Origin: a virus
Taxonomy: Duplodnaviria; Heunggongvirae; Uroviricota; Caudoviricetes
IMG/VR virus record: IMGVR_UViG_3300037467_000966
Length of the DNA stretch: 64,000 nt
Direction: 5' to 3' (one strand)
Below, piece after piece: positions 56,191 to 64,000 of the stretch. Each line of letters starts with the position of its first letter. The first letter of the stretch is position 1. Below the pieces are notes generated by a model. It did no database searches. It saw only the letters and a list, made by a program, of their open reading frames with translations, and was not told the DNA's origin. The position numbers and the translations under genes were made by a program.

Positions 56191-56644
56191 CCTTATTACC
56201 TCCAGTAATGATTTGAATGAAAATCGTATGTGCCAACCCATTGATGTGTGCTACAATATTGCTCTCTTTAACCACTCGATTAACATAGTGGCGGCGAGCA
56301 TTAATGCGTTCTTTAATGTTAACAGTATTACAAGGTGCATAGAAAGCTTCATGTTGCTCAACGATATTGTCAATTGCTTCAGAACCCAAGAAAGCTTCAT
56401 ATTTACGACCCATCTCCAATAGCTCTTGAATGTTCAAATCATGAGCGTCATTGGTCAAACCAAAGATGGCCGCATACCTTCTTGCTTCTTCAAAGTCTTC
56501 TAAATTGTGCAAAGTCTTTGGTGCTAAGTTGATGTGTTGATGTCCACAGTGTCCTGCTAGTCCATAGATAGCGATGCCCATAGTAACGGCAATTGATGCT
56601 AAAGCCAATAAGATGATTAATAGTGTTTCCATTGATAGTTTCAC
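56153..56644 (-). CDS. Membrane-anchored hypothetical protein (N-terminal TM)
   Basis: 163-aa ORF. Confidence 0.5.
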   Translation of the reverse strand: MKLSMETLLIILLALASIAVTMGIAIYGLAGHCGHQHINLAPKTLHNLEDFEEARRYAAIFGLTNDAHDLNIQELLEMGRKYEAFLGSEAIDNIVEQHEAFYAPCNTVNIKERINARRHYVNRVVKESNIVAHINGLAHTIFIQIITGGNKDGEPSINANMGI

Positions 56645-56666
56645 TCCTGTAAGTTTTGAATTATGA

Positions 56667-57047
56667 TTATTCTTCTTCTGATGCGGCTACTTCTTCTACC
56701 ACTTCCGCATCAATGATGTCTTGAGTAGATTTCCAAAGGTGTCTTTCTTGTAATGCGCGATTGTCTTTAAACAGACGAACCTTCTCTGCTTGCTCAGCTT
56801 CCCACTGTGCCTGAAGCTTGCGTTGTCTTTCAATTTCAGCCAGCTCATCTTTGAGTCTTTTCTTTTCCTCATTCCAAGCCAGGATAGCTGCATGGTTTTC
56901 TTCAATTAATTTGGCAATGTGCTGCTCGTGCTCAAGGCGTAATTTTGCCTGACGCTTTTCTTCGCGCTCCAGTCTAGTCTCAAGTTCAAATGCGTGAGCA
57001 ACAATACGTTTAACTTTTTCCCATAAACTGATTCTAGTTTTAGCCAT
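56667..57047 (-). CDS. Coiled-coil protein
   Basis: 126-aa ORF, E/K/R-rich. Confidence 0.55.
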   Translation of the reverse strand: MAKTRISLWEKVKRIVAHAFELETRLEREEKRQAKLRLEHEQHIAKLIEENHAAILAWNEEKKRLKDELAEIERQRKLQAQWEAEQAEKVRLFKDNRALQERHLWKSTQDIIDAEVVEEVAASEEE

Positions 57048-57064
57048 GATAGGTTCCTCCCTTA

Positions 57065-57283
57065 TTATAGTTCGAACATTGCAACAAGCCAGCAGTGTAA
57101 CTCATGAGCTTGCTCAGGCGTAATGACGCAGAATTGTACAGCTTGGGTAACGGCCCCGTAAAACTTAAATACAATAGAAAGAACTTCTTCAATAGAGAAG
57201 AAACTTTCAGCATTGCCAAGAAGTAAAACATCCTGAACGGCTTCGGTTAATTCAGCACGGATTGCTTCATCAATAGTCATCAT
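57065..57283 (-). CDS. Small hypothetical protein
   Basis: 72-aa ORF. Confidence 0.5.
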   Translation of the reverse strand: MMTIDEAIRAELTEAVQDVLLLGNAESFFSIEEVLSIVFKFYGAVTQAVQFCVITPEQAHELHCWLVAMFEL

Positions 57284-58623
57284 TATTCTGCATCTCCTGG
57301 GATGTCTAGAGTTTGACCTGCGTGAATCCAGTGACCTGCATCTGTTGCATTGCGAACATCGTCATGCATCAGTCTGTCTTTGTTAGCTTCCCAGATTCGA
57401 TGCCATTGATTACCGTCACCATAGACAGCAACAGCAATATCCCACAGTGTATCACCATCATGGACAATAGCAGTGTCCACTTGAACAGGGACAATGTCTT
57501 CATGACCATCGACAGAAACAGCATCAGAAGGCTCTGAAGGCTTGTTGTCAACAACAGGGGCTGGACTATTCTCCTTAGGCTTAGACTGCTCTGTGGCCTT
57601 GTGAGAAGCCTCAGGATGCACCTTAGGAGAAGGAGCTTTATCAACACCCATGTTAAACATAGAGACAACAGCAAACAGCACCATTAATGCACCAGCAGTA
57701 ATCAGCGCTTTAGGGCCAAACTTCTTAATCTTAGCCCAGATACTGCCGAAGAAGGCGGCAACTGCATCTTCAAAAGCAGGCTTTTCTTCTTTAGGCTCAT
57801 CTGTATTCATTTGAGCTTCGTACATTTCAATCTGAGCCATAACTACCGCACGCTTATTCTTGTAGTCAATTACCTCTGCAAGAATAGCATCAATATCCAT
57901 ACGGATATCTAGTGGGATATGTTGACCGTATTCATTGTGAGCATCCTCCGTCATGCTCTTTGATTTTGCAGATAGTTCATCTTCCTGAGCTTTAAGGAAC
58001 TTAAATTCTAGTCCAGCTTGAAGATAGGTCATGCCTGCAACCTTGATTATATAAGCAGCAAATAAATCTTTGTTAGCAACTGCCTCTAGAGCAACATGCT
58101 CCATTAAATAGCTATACTTAGCAAATACATCTTCTGGATTCACAATGTCACCAGTGTCCACAACACGACTAAGGTCAAAGTCATATTCAGACTCTTGCTG
58201 TTGTTGGTGAAAATAATCAAGAGCATCTTGGACTGGGCGCTCCTCCGCATTCTCAACACTGTAGCTTCCTACTGGTAAATCAATCACCGCATCATCCCCA
58301 GGAATAAAGCTATTGATTTCATTAACCAAATCACCTAGGTCAGAAGGGATTGTTAAATCAGCTTCAGAATGCACTGGAGGAGTATCGAAATTGTCATGAC
58401 GGTGCAATTGGCAAAGACCATCTTTCACAGCCACTTCTTCACACTTACGTCCATTAGGCCAAACATAAGAGCAGATAACTAAAACATTAGACTCTTCAAC
58501 AGCAGGACGGTGAGAAGCACAGAATCCGTTAACCAAACCAACAGTTTGCTTGCAGCGTTCTCCATTCTTCTTGATTGCTTCACAAGTTACTTTTCCACGA
58601 CGATTAGCCAAATTAATTACCAC
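57283..58623 (-). CDS. LysM-domain protein with N-terminal Cys-cluster (zinc-ribbon-like) and central TM segment
   Basis: C-terminal DGDTLWDIAVAVYGDGNQWHRIWEAN...GQTLDIP is a LysM motif. Confidence 0.7.
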   Translation of the reverse strand: MVINLANRRGKVTCEAIKKNGERCKQTVGLVNGFCASHRPAVEESNVLVICSYVWPNGRKCEEVAVKDGLCQLHRHDNFDTPPVHSEADLTIPSDLGDLVNEINSFIPGDDAVIDLPVGSYSVENAEERPVQDALDYFHQQQQESEYDFDLSRVVDTGDIVNPEDVFAKYSYLMEHVALEAVANKDLFAAYIIKVAGMTYLQAGLEFKFLKAQEDELSAKSKSMTEDAHNEYGQHIPLDIRMDIDAILAEVIDYKNKRAVVMAQIEMYEAQMNTDEPKEEKPAFEDAVAAFFGSIWAKIKKFGPKALITAGALMVLFAVVSMFNMGVDKAPSPKVHPEASHKATEQSKPKENSPAPVVDNKPSEPSDAVSVDGHEDIVPVQVDTAIVHDGDTLWDIAVAVYGDGNQWHRIWEANKDRLMHDDVRNATDAGHWIHAGQTLDIPGDAE

Positions 58624-58725
58624 CTTTTAATAGTATAGTTTTTACTCGCTGGACTTAGGGACGGACGACCTTACAATACAAGCTCCTTTCTGGACAGTTT
58701 AACGCCTTGTCCAGGGCGGGAGATA

Positions 58726-59655
58726 TTACTCCTGAGAGCTGTGCATGAATTCAAAGATGTTTACTACTTTAGGGTTAGACTCATGCTCTTGAACATCAGT
58801 ATCAAACTTCTTTAATTCCTTAAGCTGCTTATCAGTAGGAATATTGAATACAAATCTACCAGCTTCAACCTTCAGGAGCTTTTCCTCAATAAGAAAATTG
58901 TATTTCTCTACACGGCTTAGGATTGTTTGAATAACTTCAATCTCTTCACCGTATTCTTTCTCTTGCTTACAGATAAGCTCTTCAAAGCGTTTAACATTCT
59001 CCTCTTTGCGTAAATCAAAGTGAAGGTAACTACTAGCTGTAGCAATATCTTCATCTGCAAGGTAAATGTCCATAGCTCTAACTGAGCCATTCTCTTTACG
59101 CTCAATCACCATAGCCATACGAGGAGCCTTATCTGCCCATGCACCAGTCTTTGTTTCAATGCCGATAGTACAAGCATTGTAAGAGTAAATCGTGCCAAAT
59201 AGAGGAGATTTGACAGTCTTATAGTGGCGGCTTGCATTAAACTTCTCTTTACGAAGAATATATAGCTCCTTCTCAAGAGTAAGCAGACGTAAAGCTGTTT
59301 CTTCACTCATTTCAGCAGAGCGCTCAATAGCATCCCTTACTGATTCATAGCGAACACCATAAGCAGTAACGTATAGTACATTCAAGCTGTCAATCTTTGT
59401 CGTGATACGTGGAGCAGTTTCAGAGTCATAAGAGCCAGTGCCAAATTTACCAACAAGACGGTTCTTTTCCTCAGCGGACATTTCATCAGCAAGTTTCATT
59501 GCCTTAGCTTCAAGCTTTTCATAGAGAGACACAGGAGCAGCTTCAGACTTAGACTTCTTACCTTTCATGACCATAGCAACAATAACAGCAACCAACGCAG
59601 CAACAACAACAACAGATAAAATAATAGTAGCTTCAAACATTCTAGATTCCTCCAA
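58726..59655 (-). CDS. Membrane-anchored hypothetical protein
   Basis: 309-aa ORF with N-terminal TM. Confidence 0.6.
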   Translation of the reverse strand: MEESRMFEATIILSVVVVAALVAVIVAMVMKGKKSKSEAAPVSLYEKLEAKAMKLADEMSAEEKNRLVGKFGTGSYDSETAPRITTKIDSLNVLYVTAYGVRYESVRDAIERSAEMSEETALRLLTLEKELYILRKEKFNASRHYKTVKSPLFGTIYSYNACTIGIETKTGAWADKAPRMAMVIERKENGSVRAMDIYLADEDIATASSYLHFDLRKEENVKRFEELICKQEKEYGEEIEVIQTILSRVEKYNFLIEEKLLKVEAGRFVFNIPTDKQLKELKKFDTDVQEHESNPKVVNIFEFMHSSQE

Positions 59656-59669
59656 TGATAGTTTAATTT

Positions 59670-59702
59670 TATTTTAAAAGGAGAGGCCCGAAGACCCCTC
59701 CC
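59670..59702 (-). terminator. Intrinsic terminator (UUCG-loop hairpin then U4A4)
   Basis: ggagaggcccgaagacccctcc after the 59709 stop. Confidence 0.65.
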
Positions 59703-59708
59703 ATTGTT

Positions 59709-60209
59709 TTAAAGCAGATTTAATTCTTCTAAATATCTACGCATTTCAATGATGAATTGACGAGCATAGGCAATAGTAGGAGCATTGGTTTTATTATGAC
59801 GCACCACATACTCGAAAATCTTAAAGCCTTTAGCCATATAATCATAATCAGCAAATTCCTCACACTTATCAATTAAGCACATTGCTCTAAGGAATTCATG
59901 CTCCTTTTCCATATGACCAAGTACATCAATAAGACCCTGGTAATTGCTAAGAGTAATGAAACGATAAACTTCTTTAGCACCAGGAAGATTGACTCTGTAA
60001 ACAAAACCAGATGGAGACATGTCCTGCAGTAGTGCAGCAATTTCCTCAGCAGTAAGAATTTCTTTTGCTTCACCAGAGATTGATTTACCAGCAGCCTGCT
60101 CTTCCATAGCACGACGAATCATTTCACGCTCTTTCTTGAAAGTAGCCAAAACCTCAGAGTTACGCTTCTTGTTCTTCCCAAGTAAAAATTTCTTGATATC
60201 AATAATCAT
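59709..60209 (-). CDS. Hypothetical protein
   Basis: 166-aa ORF. Confidence 0.6.
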   Translation of the reverse strand: MIIDIKKFLLGKNKKRNSEVLATFKKEREMIRRAMEEQAAGKSISGEAKEILTAEEIAALLQDMSPSGFVYRVNLPGAKEVYRFITLSNYQGLIDVLGHMEKEHEFLRAMCLIDKCEEFADYDYMAKGFKIFEYVVRHNKTNAPTIAYARQFIIEMRRYLEELNLL

Positions 60210-60210
60210 G

Positions 60211-60579
60211 CTAGATTCCCTCCCGATTTTGTTTTTCTTGAATTTCTTTTTGTTCCATTAGATAGTCGTTCTCAAATGCAATAACACCTTTGGTTGGAAT
60301 GACAATACCAGCAATTAGCCAACCTTCTTTACTTGCCCTAACCTGAATGACTGTAAAACCAGCACGCTGAAGAGCTGCTTTAGCCGCAAACTGCAATCTA
60401 CCTCTTTCACTAAACAATTCCCAAGAAGCCAGTTTACTGATTTCATTAATCTTCTTGTACTCAAGGTCAATAAAGTAACGGTTTGTTTCTGAGTCATAGT
60501 TTAACTCGTAGTCAACTTCGCTTTGTCTCACCTCCTCTAATTGGTATATAAGGTGTTCTAGTGGGTTCATGATAGTCAT
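60211..60579 (-). CDS. Hypothetical protein
   Basis: 122-aa ORF. Confidence 0.55.
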   Translation of the reverse strand: MTIMNPLEHLIYQLEEVRQSEVDYELNYDSETNRYFIDLEYKKINEISKLASWELFSERGRLQFAAKAALQRAGFTVIQVRASKEGWLIAGIVIPTKGVIAFENDYLMEQKEIQEKQNREGI

Positions 60580-60635
60580 CTGAACTCCTCCTTTGGTTTA
60601 TTGTCCTTCATGGGAATGGCTACCCAATCCAGACA

Positions 60636-60668
60636 CGATAAAAAGAGAAGGCCCGAAAGCCTCCTCAT
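60636..60668 (-). terminator. Terminator-like hairpin (CCGAAAG loop) then U-run
   Basis: gagaagggcccgaaagcctcctc preceded by aaaaag. Confidence 0.45.
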
Positions 60669-60676
60669 AGGAATTA

Positions 60677-60859
60677 TTAACGGCAATCTTCGTGATAGCA
60701 CTCACTAGGAGTGATAGGCTGATTCCATTCTTTCTCAATATCCTTCTGAGACCTACCATCAAATGCGAATGGGTTGTTCATAGACACGATAATAAAAGCA
60801 ATTACACCTAATACAGTAACAACAATAGCCCATTTAATAACTTTCGCTAAATCTTTCAT
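60677..60859 (-). CDS. Small membrane protein
   Basis: 60-aa ORF with TM. Confidence 0.45.
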   Translation of the reverse strand: MKDLAKVIKWAIVVTVLGVIAFIIVSMNNPFAFDGRSQKDIEKEWNQPITPSECYHEDCR

Positions 60860-60860
60860 T

Positions 60861-61193
60861 TTACATTACCTCCAAAAATAGTTTATTTAAGTTTTCAATA
60901 GCTTCAATTAACTGACTGTTGTTTTCAGGGTGTAGCTGAGAGGCACCACCACTGGCAGGCGGCTCCTCATTCATTCCTTTATCTTCTGCCTCGTCTAAGA
61001 TGTCGATAATTAAGTAATCTGGGATGTTAGTTCTACTAAGCACGGCTTCACATTGTTCAATATACCAATGAACAGGAAAGCCAGGGTCAATCTTAAGGTT
61101 TTGTGCAATACAATGTGCAATAACGCTCTCGATGCCAATACGTGCAATCTGAATCTGTTTATCCTTTAGAGTTACTCTACCGACACGCTTCAT
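60861..61193 (-). CDS. Hypothetical protein (start adjusted to the internal ATG after the upstream stop)
   Basis: MKRVGRVTLKD.... The longer track form overlaps 61195-61554 out of frame. Confidence 0.5.
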   Translation of the reverse strand: MKRVGRVTLKDKQIQIARIGIESVIAHCIAQNLKIDPGFPVHWYIEQCEAVLSRTNIPDYLIIDILDEAEDKGMNEEPPASGGASQLHPENNSQLIEAIENLNKLFLEVM

Positions 61194-61194
61194 A

Positions 61195-61554
61195 TTAGTC
61201 CTCCAAGTCCCAGAGCCAATTCCAAACTTTCTTTGCATCACTGCGAAGAGTACGTTTAGACTCGCCCTTGTATCCATTATTAAGGTAAACAACTTTATCT
61301 GCAGGCTCTTCAATGATAGTCTCAACAGGCGCAGGCTTACGGTTCTTCATGAAGCTAGGAACATCAATAGATTCTTCCTTAATCATGCTTACACCATAAG
61401 TAACAGCAGGTTCACGACGAACAACAGGAGCAACAGCAGGCTTACTAACGTGCTTAGCAAATCCTTTACCTGAAGCATCCACAAAAGTCATAACGCCATT
61501 CTTAACTACACCTTTACCAACCATTCCTAAAACCTTTTCCATTATAGACTCCAC
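61195..61554 (-). CDS. Hypothetical protein
   Basis: 119-aa ORF. Confidence 0.55.
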   Translation of the reverse strand: MESIMEKVLGMVGKGVVKNGVMTFVDASGKGFAKHVSKPAVAPVVRREPAVTYGVSMIKEESIDVPSFMKNRKPAPVETIIEEPADKVVYLNNGYKGESKRTLRSDAKKVWNWLWDLED

Positions 61555-61571
61555 CTTTGCTAGTTTAGTTT

Positions 61572-61605
61572 TTTATATAAATAAAGAGAGGCCCGAAGAC
61601 CTCCC
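61572..61605 (-). terminator. Intrinsic terminator (RNA GAGGUC-UUCG-GGCCUC then UCUUUAUUUAU)
   Basis: gagaggcccgaagacctc after the 61613 stop. Confidence 0.65.
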
Positions 61606-61612
61606 ATTGTTT

Positions 61613-62491
61613 TTACTTATTGAAGTGTTCAGCAATAAATGCTTTCCAAACGCCCTTTTGACCAGGATACTTCTTAGTGTATTGCATGTAAGCACCCTGA
61701 CATACAGGATGGAACTTACGGAACTCATTAGTGTCATTAACATTAATCCCATTATCAATAGCAAATTCAACAATAGGGATAATGACATTTAAGAATCCAG
61801 CTTCATCACTAGGCACCTTAGACCAAGCCACAGAGTACCCACTTCTACCCTTATTAAGTGGAGTACAAATAGTGCTAAGAGTAAGCCTGCTGCTACCTTT
61901 CTTCTTAATAGTAGCTTTACGTTGTTTCTTAGCAGGCTTTTCAGTAACCTCAATAGCATCCAAAATAGTATTCACAGCTGTACTATGCTCTTCGATTACT
62001 TCTTCTAACTTGCCATGAGTAACAGGAACCATTGGAGTTAATTCAAATTCAACTGGAGCAGATTGCAGCTTAGCTAATTCAACTTGAAGCTCTAATTCTC
62101 TGATACGTAGTTCAGCCAATTTGATTTCCTCTGCACGCTTGTTGCTTTCTCTTGCATCTAATACCTCGTTTAACATTGCTTTAAATTGTTCCATCATCAT
62201 TTCCTCTACCTCTTTCTCTGCTTGTAATTTAGTATCTGCGATTAATTTATTGTAAAAGCTTTTGTTCATGAAACCCCAAACATCATCATCTGCATTTGCT
62301 ACGTTGTAATCTACAACTTCTTCAGTTTCAAAATTAGTAACACCAGTACGTTTCATTTTATCTTCTAGTGATTCTGTAGCTAGTTTCTTATCAGCTTGCT
62401 GCTTTAAATGATGACCTTCTGCTGCTAATTTACCTTTCTTGCTCATTCTTTTGCTAACTTCTTCGTATTTCTTTCCCCAATTTCTTGCCAT
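61613..62491 (-). CDS. Coiled-coil protein
   Basis: 292-aa ORF, charged and heptad-like. Confidence 0.6.
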   Translation of the reverse strand: MARNWGKKYEEVSKRMSKKGKLAAEGHHLKQQADKKLATESLEDKMKRTGVTNFETEEVVDYNVANADDDVWGFMNKSFYNKLIADTKLQAEKEVEEMMMEQFKAMLNEVLDARESNKRAEEIKLAELRIRELELQVELAKLQSAPVEFELTPMVPVTHGKLEEVIEEHSTAVNTILDAIEVTEKPAKKQRKATIKKKGSSRLTLSTICTPLNKGRSGYSVAWSKVPSDEAGFLNVIIPIVEFAIDNGINVNDTNEFRKFHPVCQGAYMQYTKKYPGQKGVWKAFIAEHFNK

Positions 62492-62523
62492 TCTAGTTTC
62501 CTCCTGCTAGTTAAAAGTATTTT

Positions 62524-62778
62524 TTATAAGAAAGATTTAACGGATTTCTTAACTTCAATTTCCGCTAAAGTCTTTTCCTTCTGGTACTGCGCTGTTTCTA
62601 GTAAGCCTTTAATCCAATCAATATCATTTTGATTAAATGTTTCAGGTGCTTTAATCATCATTGAATAAGTTTCTAAATAAGAATCAATGTTTGTGTTCCA
62701 AACCCTAAGTGCTGCGTTTAAAGATTGAATCTGTAAATCTACCATTTCAGCAGTTAAAATATCGAATTCTAAGTTCAT
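62524..62778 (-). CDS. Hypothetical protein
   Basis: 84-aa ORF. Confidence 0.5.
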   Translation of the reverse strand: MNLEFDILTAEMVDLQIQSLNAALRVWNTNIDSYLETYSMMIKAPETFNQNDIDWIKGLLETAQYQKEKTLAEIEVKKSVKSFL

Positions 62779-63011
62779 TAGTTTCTACCTCCATTGTTAA
62801 ATTCTCTCCAAGCTTCGTTTTGCACAAGGCGAAGTTTACGAGTAAATTCAGGTTTTTCGATGTGATTCAAGATGTCTTTCATTTCGGTAAGTTCGGCAGT
62901 AAGCTCTTCTTGTAAACGAAGGTTTCTGTTGCGAATGGCTTCTTCCAATAAACCGTGGTACATTTCAATGTCCTTTCTTAATAGGTTCGCAATGATAGTT
63001 AATTCTGACAT
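62778..63011 (-). CDS. Hypothetical protein
   Basis: 77-aa ORF. Confidence 0.5.
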   Translation of the reverse strand: MSELTIIANLLRKDIEMYHGLLEEAIRNRNLRLQEELTAELTEMKDILNHIEKPEFTRKLRLVQNEAWREFNNGGRN

Positions 63012-63115
63012 GTTTGTCCTCCAGGGTTAAAGTCCCACGACTATTAATTGGTGACCACAAGGGCCATGATATAAAGGGAACGGCGAATCACATATAGCCT
63101 AACTACCTGGCTATA

Positions 63116-63619
63116 TTAAGAATCCCCGTCCCAATTGAAATTAAAGGTAATGCTGCGAGGACTAGACGGGAGCTGAGTACGCTCGTATCTAGCAACCTCA
63201 TAAGACATGGCTTTAAGCATACTTTCATGAATGCTCATATCAAAGTGCCAGTTAATCTCTTCTTCCACATAGATGTCTTCACTTAAGCCATAGTAGTAAG
63301 TATCAATGTCAGTATCTACTTGACCAGCTTTATATCCTCTAGCTCGTGACCTTCCACCAAGCAAGTAATCATTAGGGTTTACTAGGAAACCATTTTCTGC
63401 AGGAATACGAATACGGCGGTGCTGGATAAAACCATTTGTGTTATTTGCATAAACAAGAGCAGTAGCATAAGATGTAGAAAACCAAGAAATACCTTCAAGA
63501 TTATCAGTATCAGAACCACGGAAGATATCGAAAACATACCAGCCTTCAGAATCAACAGTGTAAACAGGTTCAGTAGAAAGCATTAATTCAGCAGATGGTT
63601 TATCTAAAACTTTTAACAT
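63116..63619 (-). CDS. Hypothetical protein
   Basis: 167-aa ORF. Confidence 0.55.
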   Translation of the reverse strand: MLKVLDKPSAELMLSTEPVYTVDSEGWYVFDIFRGSDTDNLEGISWFSTSYATALVYANNTNGFIQHRRIRIPAENGFLVNPNDYLLGGRSRARGYKAGQVDTDIDTYYYGLSEDIYVEEEINWHFDMSIHESMLKAMSYEVARYERTQLPSSPRSITFNFNWDGDS

Positions 63620-63861
63620 TATAAAACTTCCTTTCCAATTAAAATATTTTGTTTGTACATTTCAGAATCAGCGGGCAATTCTACCCAAGAAATTAAACCT
63701 TCGATTTTTGATTCTTTTCTTTTTTCGAAATTAACTTGCTTGATTTTGCTTGAAGAATCTGAGTAGTAATCTTGGTACATTTTTTCAATGCGTTTTCTTA
63801 GAAGTTCGTTTTTCATTTTCTTTTCCTCTTTTCTAGTTGTAGGTTTTTTATGTAAACACAA
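63619..63861 (-). CDS. Hypothetical protein, first gene after the CCCC-TTATATAG array
   Basis: 80-aa ORF. Confidence 0.5.
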   Translation of the reverse strand: MCLHKKPTTRKEEKKMKNELLRKRIEKMYQDYYSDSSSKIKQVNFEKRKESKIEGLISWVELPADSEMYKQNILIGKEVL

Positions 63862-63961
63862 ATATAGGAGGCCCTATATAGGACCCCCCCCTTATATAGA
63901 CCCCCCTTATAGGAAGGCCCCTTATATAGCACCCCTTATATAGAGGCCCTACTATATAGCA
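63861..63961. repeat. Phased array of 6-7 CCCC-TTATATAG units (period 14-18 bp) directly upstream of the structural-type operon
   Basis: TATATAG at 63875, 63893, (TTATAGG 63907), 63923, 63937 and 63953, each preceded by a C-run. Confidence 0.7.
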
Positions 63962-64000
63962 CCCTTTGCTAGCTGCTTCTTGTAGTAGGCCACAGTAGCC

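Noticed and set aside
1-64000. Integrase/transposase/IS elements
   Set aside because: No tyrosine or serine recombinase or DDE transposase motifs were recognised in any frame. No mobile-element call is made. The IR-flanked 24 kb elements lack any transposase.

Overview
This window is an AT-rich, gene-dense stretch of a large tailed bacteriophage, probably a Bacillus/Firmicutes phage. Essentially every real gene is on the minus strand, and long operons are punctuated by hairpin+U-run intrinsic terminators whose RNA loops are mostly UUCG. From memory, the DnaE-like polymerase plus 5'(3')-deoxyribonucleotidase combination recalls SPbeta-like Bacillus phages; I cannot verify this without a search.

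Recognisable content, all read from protein motifs:
- a DnaE-family DNA polymerase III alpha with PHP domain, and an RNase H
- a TerY(vWA)-TerC-TerD-TerD tellurite/stress-type cluster
- a 5'(3')-deoxyribonucleotidase
- a NAMPT-like protein plus a PRPP-synthetase-like protein, i.e. an NAD+ salvage/reconstitution module
- a phage sigma factor and an AbrB-like regulator
- a CCA-adding tRNA nucleotidyltransferase, an SPFH/band-7 protein and a LysM protein
- a tRNA-like gene with an expanded anticodon loop
- a block of terminator-insulated, apparently highly expressed structural-type genes at 50-64 kb

The most striking system is at 13.0-19.5 kb: a minus-strand operon encoding, in transcription order, a six-fold tandem small-domain protein (a hexa-repeat with a near-identical ~57-aa unit, each unit ending in Gly) -> two unknown proteins -> a UBC/E2-like protein -> a JAB/MPN metallopeptidase with a perfect JAMM motif -> an E1/ThiF-like activating enzyme. 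This is the BilA-B-C-D order (Ubl-E2-DUB-E1) of bacterial ubiquitin-like conjugation systems, here carried by a phage and with a polyubiquitin-like precursor.

Other unusual signals:
- at least 10 small paralogous proteins with divergent bodies but a shared C-terminal peptide ...A(K/A)(K/R)LL(S/D)KEW-COOH, one of which is a nonsense pseudogene
- three inverted-repeat-flanked ~90-160 bp elements in a 1.1 kb non-coding spacer
- arrays of a CTATATAG palindrome with ~15 bp phasing at operon boundaries
- several GC-rich non-coding islands, two of which carry tRNA T-loop-like motifs
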